DNA of 49,109 nt from Guillardia theta CCMP2712 (taxonomy: Eukaryota > Protista > Cryptophyta). The stretch lies in assembly GCF_000315625.1 (NCBI RefSeq), contig NW_005434574.1, forward strand, positions 138,037 through 187,145, read 5' to 3'. Positions 12,970-24,719 of this stretch are shown piece after piece. Within the stretch, counting starts at the first letter, position 1; the number at the start of each line of letters is the position of its first letter. The notes beneath the pieces were generated by a model. It had not been told where the DNA came from. It saw only the letters and a program-made list of their open reading frames with translations, and made no database searches. A program made the position numbers and the translations under genes.

Positions 12970-13115
12970 GTAGTAGAAGTATCAAGCATGAGAATGTAGT
13001 AGAAGTATCAAATATGAGGATGGAAAGGAAGTATTGTCATGCATTATGATGTAGTAGAAGTATCAAAGTATGAGGATGCAGTACAAGTAACGTGTATGAG
13101 GACGTAGTAGAACTA
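12970..13115. repeat. Degenerate ~26-28-bp AT-rich minisatellite (gtagtagaagtatcaa..atgag.at)
   Basis: Core at 12970, 12996 and 13051, partial at 13104, with decayed copies between. Confidence 0.7.
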
Positions 13116-13434
13116 GTGCAGTGCAGGAGGTCTGAGATTTTTGACAGCTGGGCAACGGTACACTACCAGCTACGGTAGAGAAGCGAGATGGCGCAAGCAC
13201 CTGATGGCAACGGAAACCGTTCAGACCAGGACATATTTCAAACGTATCTGTCAGGGGATGAACCAGATGAAAAAACAATCGAAGAACTGTTGGCGCAGTC
13301 CTCGGAACTTGTAGAAAGTAAGTTTGGAAGTTGCCGAGTGTTGCTGTTTTGACCTCTGACTGACTCACCAACTTGAAGGGGCTTCTCGTACTCGAGGAGG
13401 AAATGGTGCCGCTCCTGTAACTGGAGGACCAGTC

Positions 13435-13860
13435 ATGCGAGGAATCTCTGGTTCGAACGACCAGAAAAGTCCTATGCGATCAGGAGGAGGAGAGAAAGAA
13501 GATACGATGGGAAATCGACGCAAGTCCCTTCTTAAGGCTATCTTCCAGCGCAGCCTCGAGGAGTTGAAGGAGTGGGAGAAGAATGAAGCCAGTACTGAAG
13601 CAAAAGATGTCAACTTCACAGTTGGAGTGCAGAAGTACACTCCCCTGATGCTTGCGGTGGCGCGAGGAAATCTGGACGTGATCAAATACCTCGTGGAGAA
13701 TTTGAACGCGAGGAAAGACGCCAAGGATACCAAAGAGCAAACAGCACAGGACCTGGCGAAGACGCACAATGTTCCCAATGCCGACGAGATCGTCAAGTTC
13801 TTGTCAGGTGATAAAAGTTCACAGCCGTCAGACACTAAGAAGCCCCGGACTACTGAGTGA
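13435..13860 (+). CDS. Small ankyrin-repeat protein, single exon (start codon uncertain)
   Basis: 'YTPLMLAVARGNLDVIKYLVENLNARKDAKDTKEQTAQDLA' matches the ANK consensus TPLHxAxxxGxxxxVxxL..TAL. Confidence 0.85.
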   Translation: MRGISGSNDQKSPMRSGGGEKEDTMGNRRKSLLKAIFQRSLEELKEWEKNEASTEAKDVNFTVGVQKYTPLMLAVARGNLDVIKYLVENLNARKDAKDTKEQTAQDLAKTHNVPNADEIVKFLSGDKSSQPSDTKKPRTTE

Positions 13861-14141
13861 CGGAGGTGGCGCGAATCGAAGCTGAGAAAGGGCACGCACT
13901 GAAGCAGATTGAAGTCTGTGGCCCGGAGCAACCTAAGAGCCTGAGAGTCGGAGCCGCAGCTGGGTCCTCGTGCACCGTGCTTACTGACTAACGGGGGGCT
14001 CAACTAATCATAAGTAATTTAACAGAGTGACTGGTTTGGATGATAGATACACTTCAAGTTGAAACATTGATTGTCTTCGGATAACTTAATCTAAATAGAT
14101 GAGTGGCGTTTGCCACGGCTCATTCATTAAAGTAAATTAAA

Positions 14142-14324
14142 AAACTTGAACCGTCCGATCACGACACTGTGACTTGTCGGAAGGAAGTTACCGTACCCCC
14201 GGTGCCGTGCCACTCAGTGGCTGGCGGCGGTGACCGTCACTGGGCTTAGAGGGAAGTGTTCCCTCTAAGTTGTCGTGATCGGACGGTTCAAGTTTAAATA
14301 ACGAACAACTTAGAGGGAAGTGTT
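14142..14324. repeat. Nested inverted/direct repeat structure
   Basis: 25-bp perfect IR 14142-14166 / 14271-14295; 11-bp hairpin 14245-14269; 16-bp direct repeat 14245-14260 / 14309-14324. Confidence 0.9.
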
Positions 14325-14637
14325 GAACTTCGGAAGTGACTGCTAACTTACCGGGAGGTCATGGCTCGGAGCCGCGGGGCCGGGCACCGCACGCGGCGGG
14401 GCAGTACGGTGACCCCGGCCCGGACACGACCCAGCCTGCAGCCCCGGGCCGGGCCCGGCACGGTAGCCGGCGGCCTGCCAGAGGGGGCCGGGTCCCGGCG
14501 CACCGTGGCCACGCCAGGTGCACAGGCTGAGTGGGCCCGGGCCGCGGCCGCGGCTGCGTGACTCCGAGGCTCGTTGCACTGAGCTGGCCACTCAGTAGTG
14601 AGACTTGGGGAATCGCTTAGAGGACTCATAAAGAAGC

Positions 14638-15551
14638 ATGGCGGGAAAGCGAAAGAGCGCTGGAGGGGAGGGAAAGGCGTCGAAGAAGGCGGCGAAGGTG
14701 GAGAAGGACGAGAAGGTGGAGAAGGTTGAGAAGGGAGAAGAGGCTGCATCCTCCTCTGCTGCTTCTAACTCAGTCATCATCGAGCACTGGTGAGATTTCT
14801 GATCTTTCCTAGTGGACACGGAGATGAAACGTTGTGCAGTAAAAGCTGAGGAGCATTCAAGACAAGAGCGGGTATTTGAGTCATTAACTTCTTGTCCTCT
14901 CTTTCAGTTTCTTCTTCTCTCCTCTCACTCTCTCACTTATCCCCTGTATCCCTCTCTTCTCCTCACCCACGTACCCCCTTTCATTTCTCTCCATTTTCTT
15001 ACCGTGATGTCCAGCCAAACTAGAGAAACTCCTGAAGGAGGCGAAGATCTCTGTTGAAATCAATCCAGAGAAACCGAGGAAGGGATGCTTCGAGGTTCGT
15101 CTGGGCAACGGAGACAAGGTTGTTCTCATTTGACCCCTTCACGACCGAAAATCCGTACCATTGTGATCTCCTTTTTCTCTCCTTGATGTTATCTTGTTCT
15201 TATTCCCGGCATATATCTCCTTCTTGTTCTCTCCTTCTGATTCTCCTCTCCTTATCTTGTCCACATTTTCTCATTCTTTCCTTCTTATCTAGTCTCTCTT
15301 CTACTCTCTCAGCTGTGACACGTATTGCCTCTCCTCCCCTTGCGATTCTTTCTCGCTCATCGTTTCTTCCCATGGCATACCGCACTTCCCTCTCACGACT
15401 GTCTCCCCTCAGATCGTCTCCTTGCTCGACATGCCGAGACCCTTCACCAAGCTCAAGGTGACCCGGAGCTCTGGAGCCAATTGCGTCTTGACGTTAGGAG
15501 CAGGCACTTGACATCGACGAGGTTGCTGAGAAAGTCAAGGCAGCTGTGTAG
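14638..15551 (+). CDS. SELENOH: Selenoprotein H (Rdx/SelWTH family), 5 exons, in-frame TGA read as Sec
   Basis: Exons 14638-14789, 14840-14871, 15015-15118, 15413-15457 and 15504-15551 (all GT-AG) give MAGKRKS..VIIEHCKSUGAFKTRAAKLEKLLKEAKISVEINPEKPRKGCFEVRLGNGDKIVSLLDMPRPFTKLKALDIDEVAEKVKAAV*. CxxU (TGA 14847-14849), PRKGxFEV and the basic N-terminus are SelH hallmarks. Confidence 0.92.
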
Positions 15552-15609
15552 CAGGACTTGAGCTGGAAGTCTGCAGACGACGACGATAACGATGATGTTA
15601 TGGAACGAC

Positions 15610-15680
15610 GGCTCCACCATTGACGTGCAGCATGCATAAAAAGTGCCGAGAGGCGCTTCGCTGCTGACTGAGGAATTCTC
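15610..15680 (+). promoter_or_regulatory. Candidate SECIS element (type II-like) in the SelH 3' UTR
   Basis: TGAC 15621-24; 13 nt to AAA 15638-40; mini-helix aagtgcc-GAGA-ggcgctt; gcagc/gctgc stem; 3' TGAC/TGAG at 15665-72. Confidence 0.65.
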
Positions 15681-15860
15681 TTGCTAATTCAAGAGATTGA
15701 GATGTTCAACAAGCATTGCTGGCCGCAGGTGCTGTTGAGCATCAGAAGCAGTCGTGATAACATTTTCGCTAATCCTTTCAGTCTGCTCAGTAAAGATTGA
15801 GAGATCATGGAACTTGCGGTAAACATATGTACAATCCTCAGTGAAGAAACCGTTGACTTG

Positions 15861-18800
15861 TCATGAAAACCATGACATGAGCCCTTTCGCCTGTCCTTTC
15901 TCAATCCTGTTCATCTCTTCCGGGCTGCAAAGTTGCATCAGCAAACATGCAAAGGTGAGAATGTCGAATTCATCAGTCGGAGATCCTCAGACATGTCGAA
16001 GGAGGAAAAGGGTTGAGCGAGGGGGGGATGTAGGAGGGAGGGAGTGGAGACGTATGAAGGAGGATAAGATTGCCAACACAGGGAACGAAACGAAAGATGT
16101 AGATGATGAGAGGGAGGAGCGGGGTGAGCGGGGGTTGAGAGAGGGAAGAGCGGGAAGGAGGAGGAGGAGGGCTAGGGTACCTTATGCTCAAGGCTGAGCC
16201 AAGAGCTCGGAGCAAGGTGGGATCGTTTGACTCGAGGTATTTGACCGTGATGTTCTTGAGGTATTCAACGTGATGAGACTGCAGGGGCGAGTTAGAAGGA
16301 GGAGGAATCGGGCGAAAGAGTAGGAGGGGGTTAGAGGAAGGCAGCAGCAGAGGGTTCTGAGACATGTGGAGAGGAGAGGAGAGGAGAGAAGAGGAGAGGA
16401 GAGGAGAGGAGAGGAGAGGAGAGGAGAGGAGAGGAGAGGAGAGGAGAGGAGAGGAGTGGAGAGGAGAGGAGAGGAGAGGAGAGGAGTGGAGAAGGGAAGG
16501 GAGGAGGGGAGAGAGAGAAGGGGAGCCATTACAACAGGGACCAGAGGTTGTGGGGTGGATGTGAGGAACACAAAGGAAACAAGAACCGACAAGATCAACA
16601 CCAGGAACAAACTTTCAGGTAGCTGAGAAAGGTAACAAGGACTGGGGGTACACGATTTTGAGATCCTGCTTCACCTGCTTGGACCGTTCAATGGCCAACT
16701 TGCTCTCCCTCAGCTGCTCCTTCAGCAGCTCGGACTGCAAGGAGATCAGCGGGAGGAATATGAAGGAGGGAGCAGAGGCAGAGCGAGGAGAGAAGCTCTG
16801 GCGATGAGGAGATGGACAGAGAGGAGGAAGAGGAGGAAGATGGAAGAGAAGGTACAGAATGGGATGGAGGGGAGGAGAGCCGGGGAGAAGGGAAGGAGAA
16901 GGGAAGGGAGAAGAGAAGTGGTAGTGGGCAGTTGCGATAGAGATGAGGAGATGAGAAGCGAGAGGAGAGGAGGAAGGAGAAGAGAATGACAGCTGGAGGG
17001 AGAAGAATGAAATCCTTCACCTGTCTCATGAGCAAATTTCGGAACTTCTCACTCTCCTGCAACTCTTCTCGCACGTTGTCCAGGTGCTGCCTGTACGCCC
17101 TGGCGGTTGGCAGCATGTCAGAGAGTCAGAGCAGCAACGTTTTTCTCTTGCCTCCTCTCGTCCTCCATCCTCTCCTCAGCTTCCGCCAGTGCCTGCATCA
17201 CCATCACCCCCAGCACAGGAAGGGGAAGCGCAAACTTCAGCTACCTGCTGCACTGCCTGCTGGACGGCGCTCTTCAAGTCCGGAACTGCATTGTTCGTAT
17301 CTTCCCCGCTCTCGCTCAAGATAGACCTCAGCTTGTCAGCCTCGTTGTCCCACTTCTCCACGTGCCCCGAGAACACCGACGTGACCTCCTGGTCCTTCCC
17401 GTCTCCCGCAGCCTCACCCAAGTTCTCCTTGCCCGAGTCTGACGAGGACGCCCGTTTGGTCGCTGGGCTCTTCAGTGTAAAGATCGATTCCTCCATGATT
17501 AGACTTCCAGGCGTCTGAACAGCCTGCCCCTCCTTGGGGTCGGAGACCTCGGTCCTCCTCACCTCCCCCTCCCCATCCTCTTGCTTGCTCGCTCTTGCCC
17601 GGTCCTCCTCCTCCCTCTCCAACGCGGGACCTTCTGCTTGAGCTACGATGACTTGCATCCCCTCCTGCGCCCCGAACCTGTTGGAGAAGCGATACTGCAG
17701 CCAGCCGTCAGCTCGTCGTGTGCGCGAGAGGGACGTACGTCATTGCTGTCCATCGCAGCGTCTCCCCTCCGATAGTCGAACTCGTTCAGTTGCAGGTGTA
17801 ACGACTGCAACGACAAGTGAGCCCGGCGGACTGAGTGGCTCAACCGACAGACCTCGATCTGCTTGCGCAGCAGCCGCTCCTCCTCCCTCAACATGTGCTC
17901 CACATGCTGAGCTTTGTTGAGCGCGTCCTGCGAAAATCATTTACACGGGGATGATCGAGCGGTTGTGGGAAGACCTGCAGGTTTGAAACTTTGTCTCTCA
18001 GGTCGAAGATTTCGCCCTCCATGCTCTATCAGATAGCAAACAACAATCAGGCCTTGTATGCAGAGCAGATTCGACATGGTTCAGGAAAGAGGCGCAAGGG
18101 AGAATATTCATGTCTCCAAACCTTTCTCATCGCACTCTCAGCGTGGGATTTGGCTGTTCGAAGCACCTCAACCTGTCACACGTCACCCCCTCAACTTTCG
18201 TCCTTTCTCTGACCTGTCTCTGAAGTTCTTGGACCTCAGCCGAGTGCAGTTCTTGCTGGTTTTGGATCTGATCTGAAAGCCTCTTGTTCTCTCGTTGAAG
18301 TTCCTCATTCCCTTTCCGCATCACCTGCTCAGCCCCTTCAGTCGCAGCAACGAGACGGACAACCCAAAATTTTCACCTCCATGTCACTTTTCATTCTATC
18401 CAGCTCGTTCGTCCTGGCATCCAGTCGAGCTGTCAGCCTTACCAGCTCCGAGGACCTCTCTTCAACTCCCTCCAGGGCCCCATCCTTCTCCCCGCCTCCT
18501 TGCAAGCTGCTCTGAAACTTTGCGCGCGCTGTTTCAGCACGACCGACGTCCGGACTTTGTATCTCTCAAACTCCTCTTGGACTTGCGCCAGCCTCTCCTG
18601 CGTGTACCTGAGCTCTTCATCGAGAGGCCTGAGCAATGGGTCTCCGGAGGGATTCAAGATCCCCAGACGGATCTGAAGGCCTTGGATGGTGTTCTGCAGT
18701 TCAGTGACCAACGCATCTGAGGCAAGCTGCTTGTCTTTCATCTCCTTGATCTTGTTCTCTAGCACTTTCTTGGAGTCAACAGCCTTCTTAAGAAAATCTT

Positions 18801-21800
18801 TCGACTTCTCCTTGACCTGCTCGATCTCAATGCGAGACGCCGAGTCCGCAGCGTCCTTCTCCATTTGCAGGCGCTGCAGCTCTTGCTTGAGATTACGAAT
18901 CTCTACAATCATTCCCTCAGCACGTGCTTTCCACTTGTCTTTTCGTTCTGTGATGAGGATCCCTTGGCTACCGTCGGATCTGCCTCCGAACTCTTCACCT
19001 TCAGCTCCTCGAGCTGCTCTTTCAGCTTCTCGTGCTCTTCCTGCAGCTTCATCCTTGCCATGTTGAGCTCCTGAAGCTTCTGCACAGCCCGCATCTTATC
19101 CTCCTTCTCCCTCTCCAGCATCATTCCCAGCTGTGAAATCCTCTCCCCATCAACAACAGCAGCTGGAGAGTCTGACCCAGCTGTCGACCCGTCCTGGGAA
19201 CCACCGCCAGCACTGCCTTTCTCAAGTTCCTGAAGGCGATCCTCCAGCCCCCTTTTTGCCTCTCGAAGCTCCTCCGCCTCCTTCTCTAGCCCCGACATCT
19301 TCTCCGCATACTGCGCTTTCATCTGTCGTAGCATGTCCCTGCTCTTCGTCCGCGTCTCCCCAAGCGCAGCCTCCGCCTGCTCTTTCCCTTCCCGTAGCTC
19401 CTGTACCTCCCTCTCCAGCCCCTCGACCTGCCTCCGTAGCTCCTCCGCCGGATCTGCCGAGTCTGTGCCCCAGCCATCCTCGTCTCGTCCTCCCTCCTCC
19501 TTCAAGCGCTNNNNNNNNNNNNNNNNNNNNNNNNNNNNNNNNNNNNNNNNNNNNNNNNNNNNNNNNNNNNNNNNNNNNNNNNNNNNNNNNNNNNNNNNNN
19601 NNNNNNNNNNTTCGACATCTCCATGTACTCCGTTCCCTCCCCAGCCTCCACAACTCCCTCCTCCTTCAAGCGCTTGTACTCTCGAAGCTCCTCCGCCTCC
19701 TTCTCTAGCCCCGACATCTTCTCCGCATACTGCGCTTTCATCTGTCGTAGCATGTCCCTGCTCTTCGTCCGCGTCTCCCCAAGCGCAGCCTCCGCCTGCT
19801 CTTTCCCTTCCCGTAGCTCCTGTACCTCCCTCTCCAGCCCCTCGACCTGCTTCCGTAGCTCCTCCGCCGGATCTGCCGAGTCTGTGCCCCAGCCATCCTC
19901 GTCTCGTCCTCCCTCCTCCTTCAAGCGCTTGTACTCTCGAAGCTCCTCCGCCTCCTTCTCTAGCCCCGACATCTTCTCCGCATACTGCGCTTTCATCTGT
20001 CGTAGCATGTCCCTGCTCTTCGTCCGCGTCTCCCCAAGCGCAGCCTCCGCCTGCTCTTTCCCTTCCCGTAGCTCCTGTACCTCCCTCTCCAGCCCCTCGA
20101 TCTGCCTCCGTAGCTCCTCCGCCGGATCTGCCGAGTCTGTGCCCCAGCCATCCTCGTCTCGTCCTCCCTCCTCCTTCAAGCGCTTGTACTCTCGAAGCTC
20201 CTCCGCCTCCCTCTCCAGCCCCTCGACCTGCCTCCGTAGCTCCTCCGCCTGCTGCGACGCCTGCTCCAGAGCCTCCGCCTGCCCCGCCGACTGCCCGCCC
20301 TCCTCCCGCAGCCTCTCCACCTCCTCCTCTAGAGCCTTGATCTTCTCCGCCGCCTCCCCGGCTGCCTCCTCCTTGCTCTGCTGCAGCTCCTGTACCTCCC
20401 TCTCCAGCCCCTCGACCTGCCTCCGTAGCTCCTCCGCCTGCTGCGACGCCTGCTCCAGAGCCTCCGCCTGCCCTGCCGACTGCCCGCCCTCCTCCCGCAG
20501 CCTCTCCACCTCCTCCTCTAGAGCCTTGATCTTCTCCGCCGCCTCCCCGGCTGCCTCCTCCTTGCTCTGCTGCAGCTCCTGTACCTCCCTCTCCAGCCCC
20601 TCGACCTTGCTACGTAAGTCGTCGTTAGTTTGTATTAGGTTTTCGTGGGATTGTTGCTGAGTTGTATATTGGATATCCTTCACATTCGTTGATTCCGAGT
20701 TGGACTCCTGGACTCCAGTGTTTTGGTCAGCCTGTTGGATTGGTTCATTTTCAGCTGCATCTTCAGTATGGGAAAGCTTGGTTGCTACCATCTTTGGCTC
20801 GATCTGCTGTTTCGATGTATACCGGTCTTTCCCATCACCCTTTGAAACTTCGTTTTCTTCAAAGCGAGATTCACTTCCACTTTCAGAGGCTTCCTGTTTT
20901 GACTTGCCTTCGTTCTCCCCCTGTTTAATCGATTGTTCTCCATTCATTTCCTTTGTCTTTTCCAAGATCAAGTTAATCCCCATGTTCTGAAGCTTTGCAT
21001 AAAGTGCAGACATTTCATCTGACGAATCTCTTCCACTTGCTAAGCTTGGGGATTCATTATCCGAGCAAAGTTTCTTGAGCTCGTGCTTCAGCACAGTATG
21101 GCAGATCTCAACCAAGTAATTCTCTTCTGTGTACGACTTGTCTGCCCAGTTTTCAGTGGATTCATCAACTTCTTCAATGACTTGAAGTTTGCAGACCGGT
21201 TCACTTCCACCACATTCTCCATTAGTGGGCAAGGAATTGTGTGATTTGCGCATCTCAGCGATTTCATCATTGAGATCACTGATGTCGAGCTCGAGCGATT
21301 CGATCCGCCTCTTGAATACAGAATTCTCTTCCTGCAGCAGGGTTAAGTCCTGAGCGCTCGTGTGATCATTCACAATCTTCGACTGAAGGTCCTGGCTTCT
21401 GTGGTTGATCTCAAACAGAAGGGACTCAAAGGTTTCTGCGCTCGTATTCGAAAGGCAGATCGTGGAGGCCATTTCCTCAGCTATGGCATGGTTCTGCACA
21501 ATAGTTTGCTCATAGCTGATCCCAGCCTTTCCGATGAAGGCTTCTATTTCATCGATATGCCTCTCAAGAAGGCTGATGATATCAGCCTGCTTTGAAAAGC
21601 ATTCTTCACTCTCTCCAAGTTTCGATTGCAAAGCGTCCCTCTGTGCTTCAAGATCCTCGATTGTACGTCGCAGTTGCTCGCTTTGCGAATCTGATTGTTC
21701 TTTGAACTTCTTCAGCATTTCCTTGCTCTTCGTGCGGATATTTTCCAACGATGTCTCAGCTGCAATTTTGCCCGTCTGCGCTTCATCCAATTCTCTTTCA

Positions 21801-23196
21801 AGTTGTAAGAGCTTTTCTTTCATCTCAGCTGCTGCAGAAGAAACTTCCAACTGGCTAGCGTTGCTCATTTCATTCTCCTTCTCCCTGAGCTCCTTAACTT
21901 CATCCATCAGACCCTGAATCTGGCTGCCCAGCTTGGATTGAAGTTCCATCATTTCAGTGCTGTGTACGTCTGAATTCTTCTCAAGCTGTTCAAACGCCTC
22001 TCGCTTCTGTTCCTTTCGCTGTCAAGTTCCTCTTGTAAGGCTGACAATCGAAGCTTCATTTGCTCAATTTCTTCACTTGAAGTCGCAGATTGAGACGAAG
22101 AAAGCAACTTGCTGTTGCTCTCCTCCAATTCAGCAAATTTCTCTTTCAAAGCAGACGATTCTTGCTTTGCATATTCCAATTGTTCTTGCAACTCAGCAAC
22201 TTTTGTATCATGACCTGCTTTCAACTTGCGTAGGACCTCTTTTGATTTCTCCTTGATGTTATTGACTGCCTCTTCCGCGGCAGCTTTCTCCTTTTTGAGC
22301 TCTTCTGCTAGCAAATCATCATATGATGCCGATGGGAAATCATTAGCCATTTGATCGATCAGCTCCATGATTCTCTTTCGCTCGGCATTGATAAGCTCAT
22401 TGTCATTGCATGAATGATTTGCAAAGTCATCTTCGAGCCTTTTCTTCAACACAATCAAAACTTTCGCATCGTTCGGACCAGTTTTTCCAGAGTTCTGCTC
22501 CAACTCAAGAACCTGCGATGGATCTTTACAAGGTCCTTCAACCTCTTGTGCATCACTCACTCTTTGTTCTGCTTCCTTCTTCTTCTCCACTGCCTTCTTA
22601 AGGAATTGCCTGGCAATTCGATGTCATGACCCTACTGCATCCAAAAGGATTCTTGCCTTGAATCATCTTTCACTTTTTCAAGCTCCTGTTCCTTCTTTGC
22701 CAAAGCATCTTTGACCTGAAGGCAGCAAATCAATCGATTAGGCTCATTCTCGACAATCTGCAAGTCGCAAGCAGGAACAAAATGATGCAGTGTATACCTC
22801 TTGGAGCTGTGCTTTTAATTCATCGTCGCCACCCCTGAACCAAGCTCTTCAGGATATGCTCAAAGTTTGAACCCCAGATCACTCAAGGAAGAAACGTTAT
22901 ACCTTGACTGAGTAGACCATTCAACCTCTCGACTTCTTTCAACGCATCCTCCGCATTCTTGCGTTCAGTTGCAAGAGCTTCTTCTTGACTCTTCAACTTC
23001 GACTCAACATAAGCCTACACTACAACATCAAAAATCTCAATGCATGAGGCCACGACAAGCAGGACCTTGGTCTTCTTCTTGAAAGCTTGGAATGATTCTT
23101 CCTTTCTTTCAACTCTTCCTCAAGTTGCTTGGCAACTTCCCTCAAGCTTGCTATTTGCATAGCTTGAGGGTCCAAATCCGTTGCCTCCATCGACAT
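15861..23196 (-). CDS. Very large coiled-coil golgin with C-terminal GRIP domain, multi-exon, interrupted by an N gap
   Basis: Long E/K/Q/L heptad exons (21949..22590, 19502..21952, 18909..19505, 18439..18912). GRIP motif 'HVEYLKNITVKYLESNDPTLLRALGSAL' near 16190-16280. Last exon 'PEEMNRIEKGQAKGLMSWFS*' has its stop at 15861-63. The start at 23196 is tentative. Confidence 0.8.
16368..16490. repeat. (GAGAG/GAGGA)n microsatellite, intronic
   Basis: seen directly; reverse complement of the (CTCCT)n type. Confidence 0.95.
19260..20240 (-). repeat. Coding tandem repeat, 255 bp (85 aa), at least 3 copies, broken by gap 19511-19610
   Basis: ctccttcaagcgcttgtactctcgaag recurs at 19661, 19916 and 20171; another copy lies left of the gap. 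Confidence 0.9.
20213..20605 (-). repeat. Coding tandem repeat, 189 bp (63 aa = 9 heptads), 2 copies plus a partial
   Basis: ctccagcccctcgacc recurs at 20213, 20402 and 20591. Confidence 0.9.
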
Positions 23197-24719
23197 GGAG
23201 TTGCGGAAATGGATGAGCACAACGTAAACCTCTCCTCCTGGGCAAATCAAACAACCTACTCAGATCATGACATGTAAAGGAAACAAAATGCAATGACCCC
23301 CACATCAAGTCTCTGCACACCAATCTAACTTCTCAGAATTCATCACTGGATATCACCAGGATTGCAAACAAGGGAACAGCAGTTTTGCTTCTACTTGGAC
23401 TCTAGCCCTCTCTGTATGCCATCAACTCTATCTCATGAGATTGAAATCCTCCATGTTAGTAGAGATCTCGCTAAACACATCTTGGAGACTCTTGAAGAGT
23501 CGGAGACGTAGTTAAACCAGAGGCTATCTCAAATGGCACATGTTGAGAAAACATCACCAATCAACCTTGCTGGATGTGAAATTTCCATGAATTCTTTCAT
23601 ATTCCTTTTTCTTCACACCATTAGTTGTCGTCATTTCTTTCTCGCAGACATCATAGGCTCAACAAGTTTACTTTTATCCTTCTCCCGTCTCCACCACATG
23701 ATCACAATGATACTCTTGAAACTAGTCGCAATACTTCATCATCCTATCTTCTCCACTCTTTTAATCACGTCCTCTAACCAACTCTTCCACAGCCGCACCC
23801 CCTCCTCCATCTTTGCCTGAATCCAATTTTTCCGGGTATCCTCCCTCCGGAGAAGGTCGTTCCCTCCTCTTCTCGTCCTTGCTCTTGTCCTTCATTGTTT
23901 TCTCCAGCACAAAACTTCCTAACTCTCTGCCATTCTTCCTTCTGCATTCTCCTCCTCCCATCGTCGCTCCTTCTCTCCTATCGCCTTCCACTCTTCCCCT
24001 CCATATCGCCATCCTGATAGCTATCCCCACCAACTCACCACCGCCCCTACCCCCACCCGTTTATTCCCCGACGTGTACCCCTACCTAACCACCTACCCTG
24101 CATTCCCCAGCAGTCCCACCCCTTCATCTTATCGTGAATGACCCACCATACAATCTAAAAGCATCACCACCTACCAAATCAAAAGTATATATGACCCCAC
24201 CCACAATATCTATGCTTTTCAATATAACCCCTCCCGACTTATTACTACTATAGCCTCACCCTCACCCCCTCTTGCATCACCCCACCCCCCAAACTTTGAA
24301 AAAAGCTCTACAGAGGTGGCCACGAGATCGGAGGCTTATCTTTGGGTGGGTACTACACAGGCTATGAGGGGGTAGGGGTGTATCGTGGGAGGGCAGCATG
24401 ATCTAATTAACTTTCTTTCTAGCTGCATTACCTTCCTCTGCTGGGGCAGCAACCGGACCCGGCCCGGGCCGAAGCCTAGTTCAGTGTACCGTATGATGAT
24501 AAGTACTGGGCCGGCTCCTCATCGCCGCCCCGGGGCCCGCCATTCATTACGCCGCTATCCTTATAGTAGTCTCTCAACCCCGGCGCCGGAAAATGTCTGG
24601 CCTGACTCAGCCCGGCCGGCATTGGCATCATCGGGAGCGATCGGGTGACCGTCGGACACGGCCCCAGTCACACTGAGGCTTCAAGTTCACTAGTATCATA
24701 GTACACCATTCGATTATCA

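Noticed and set aside
19333-20660. Ser/Pro-rich plus-strand ORFs
   Set aside because: Antisense shadows of the golgin coiled-coil repeats.
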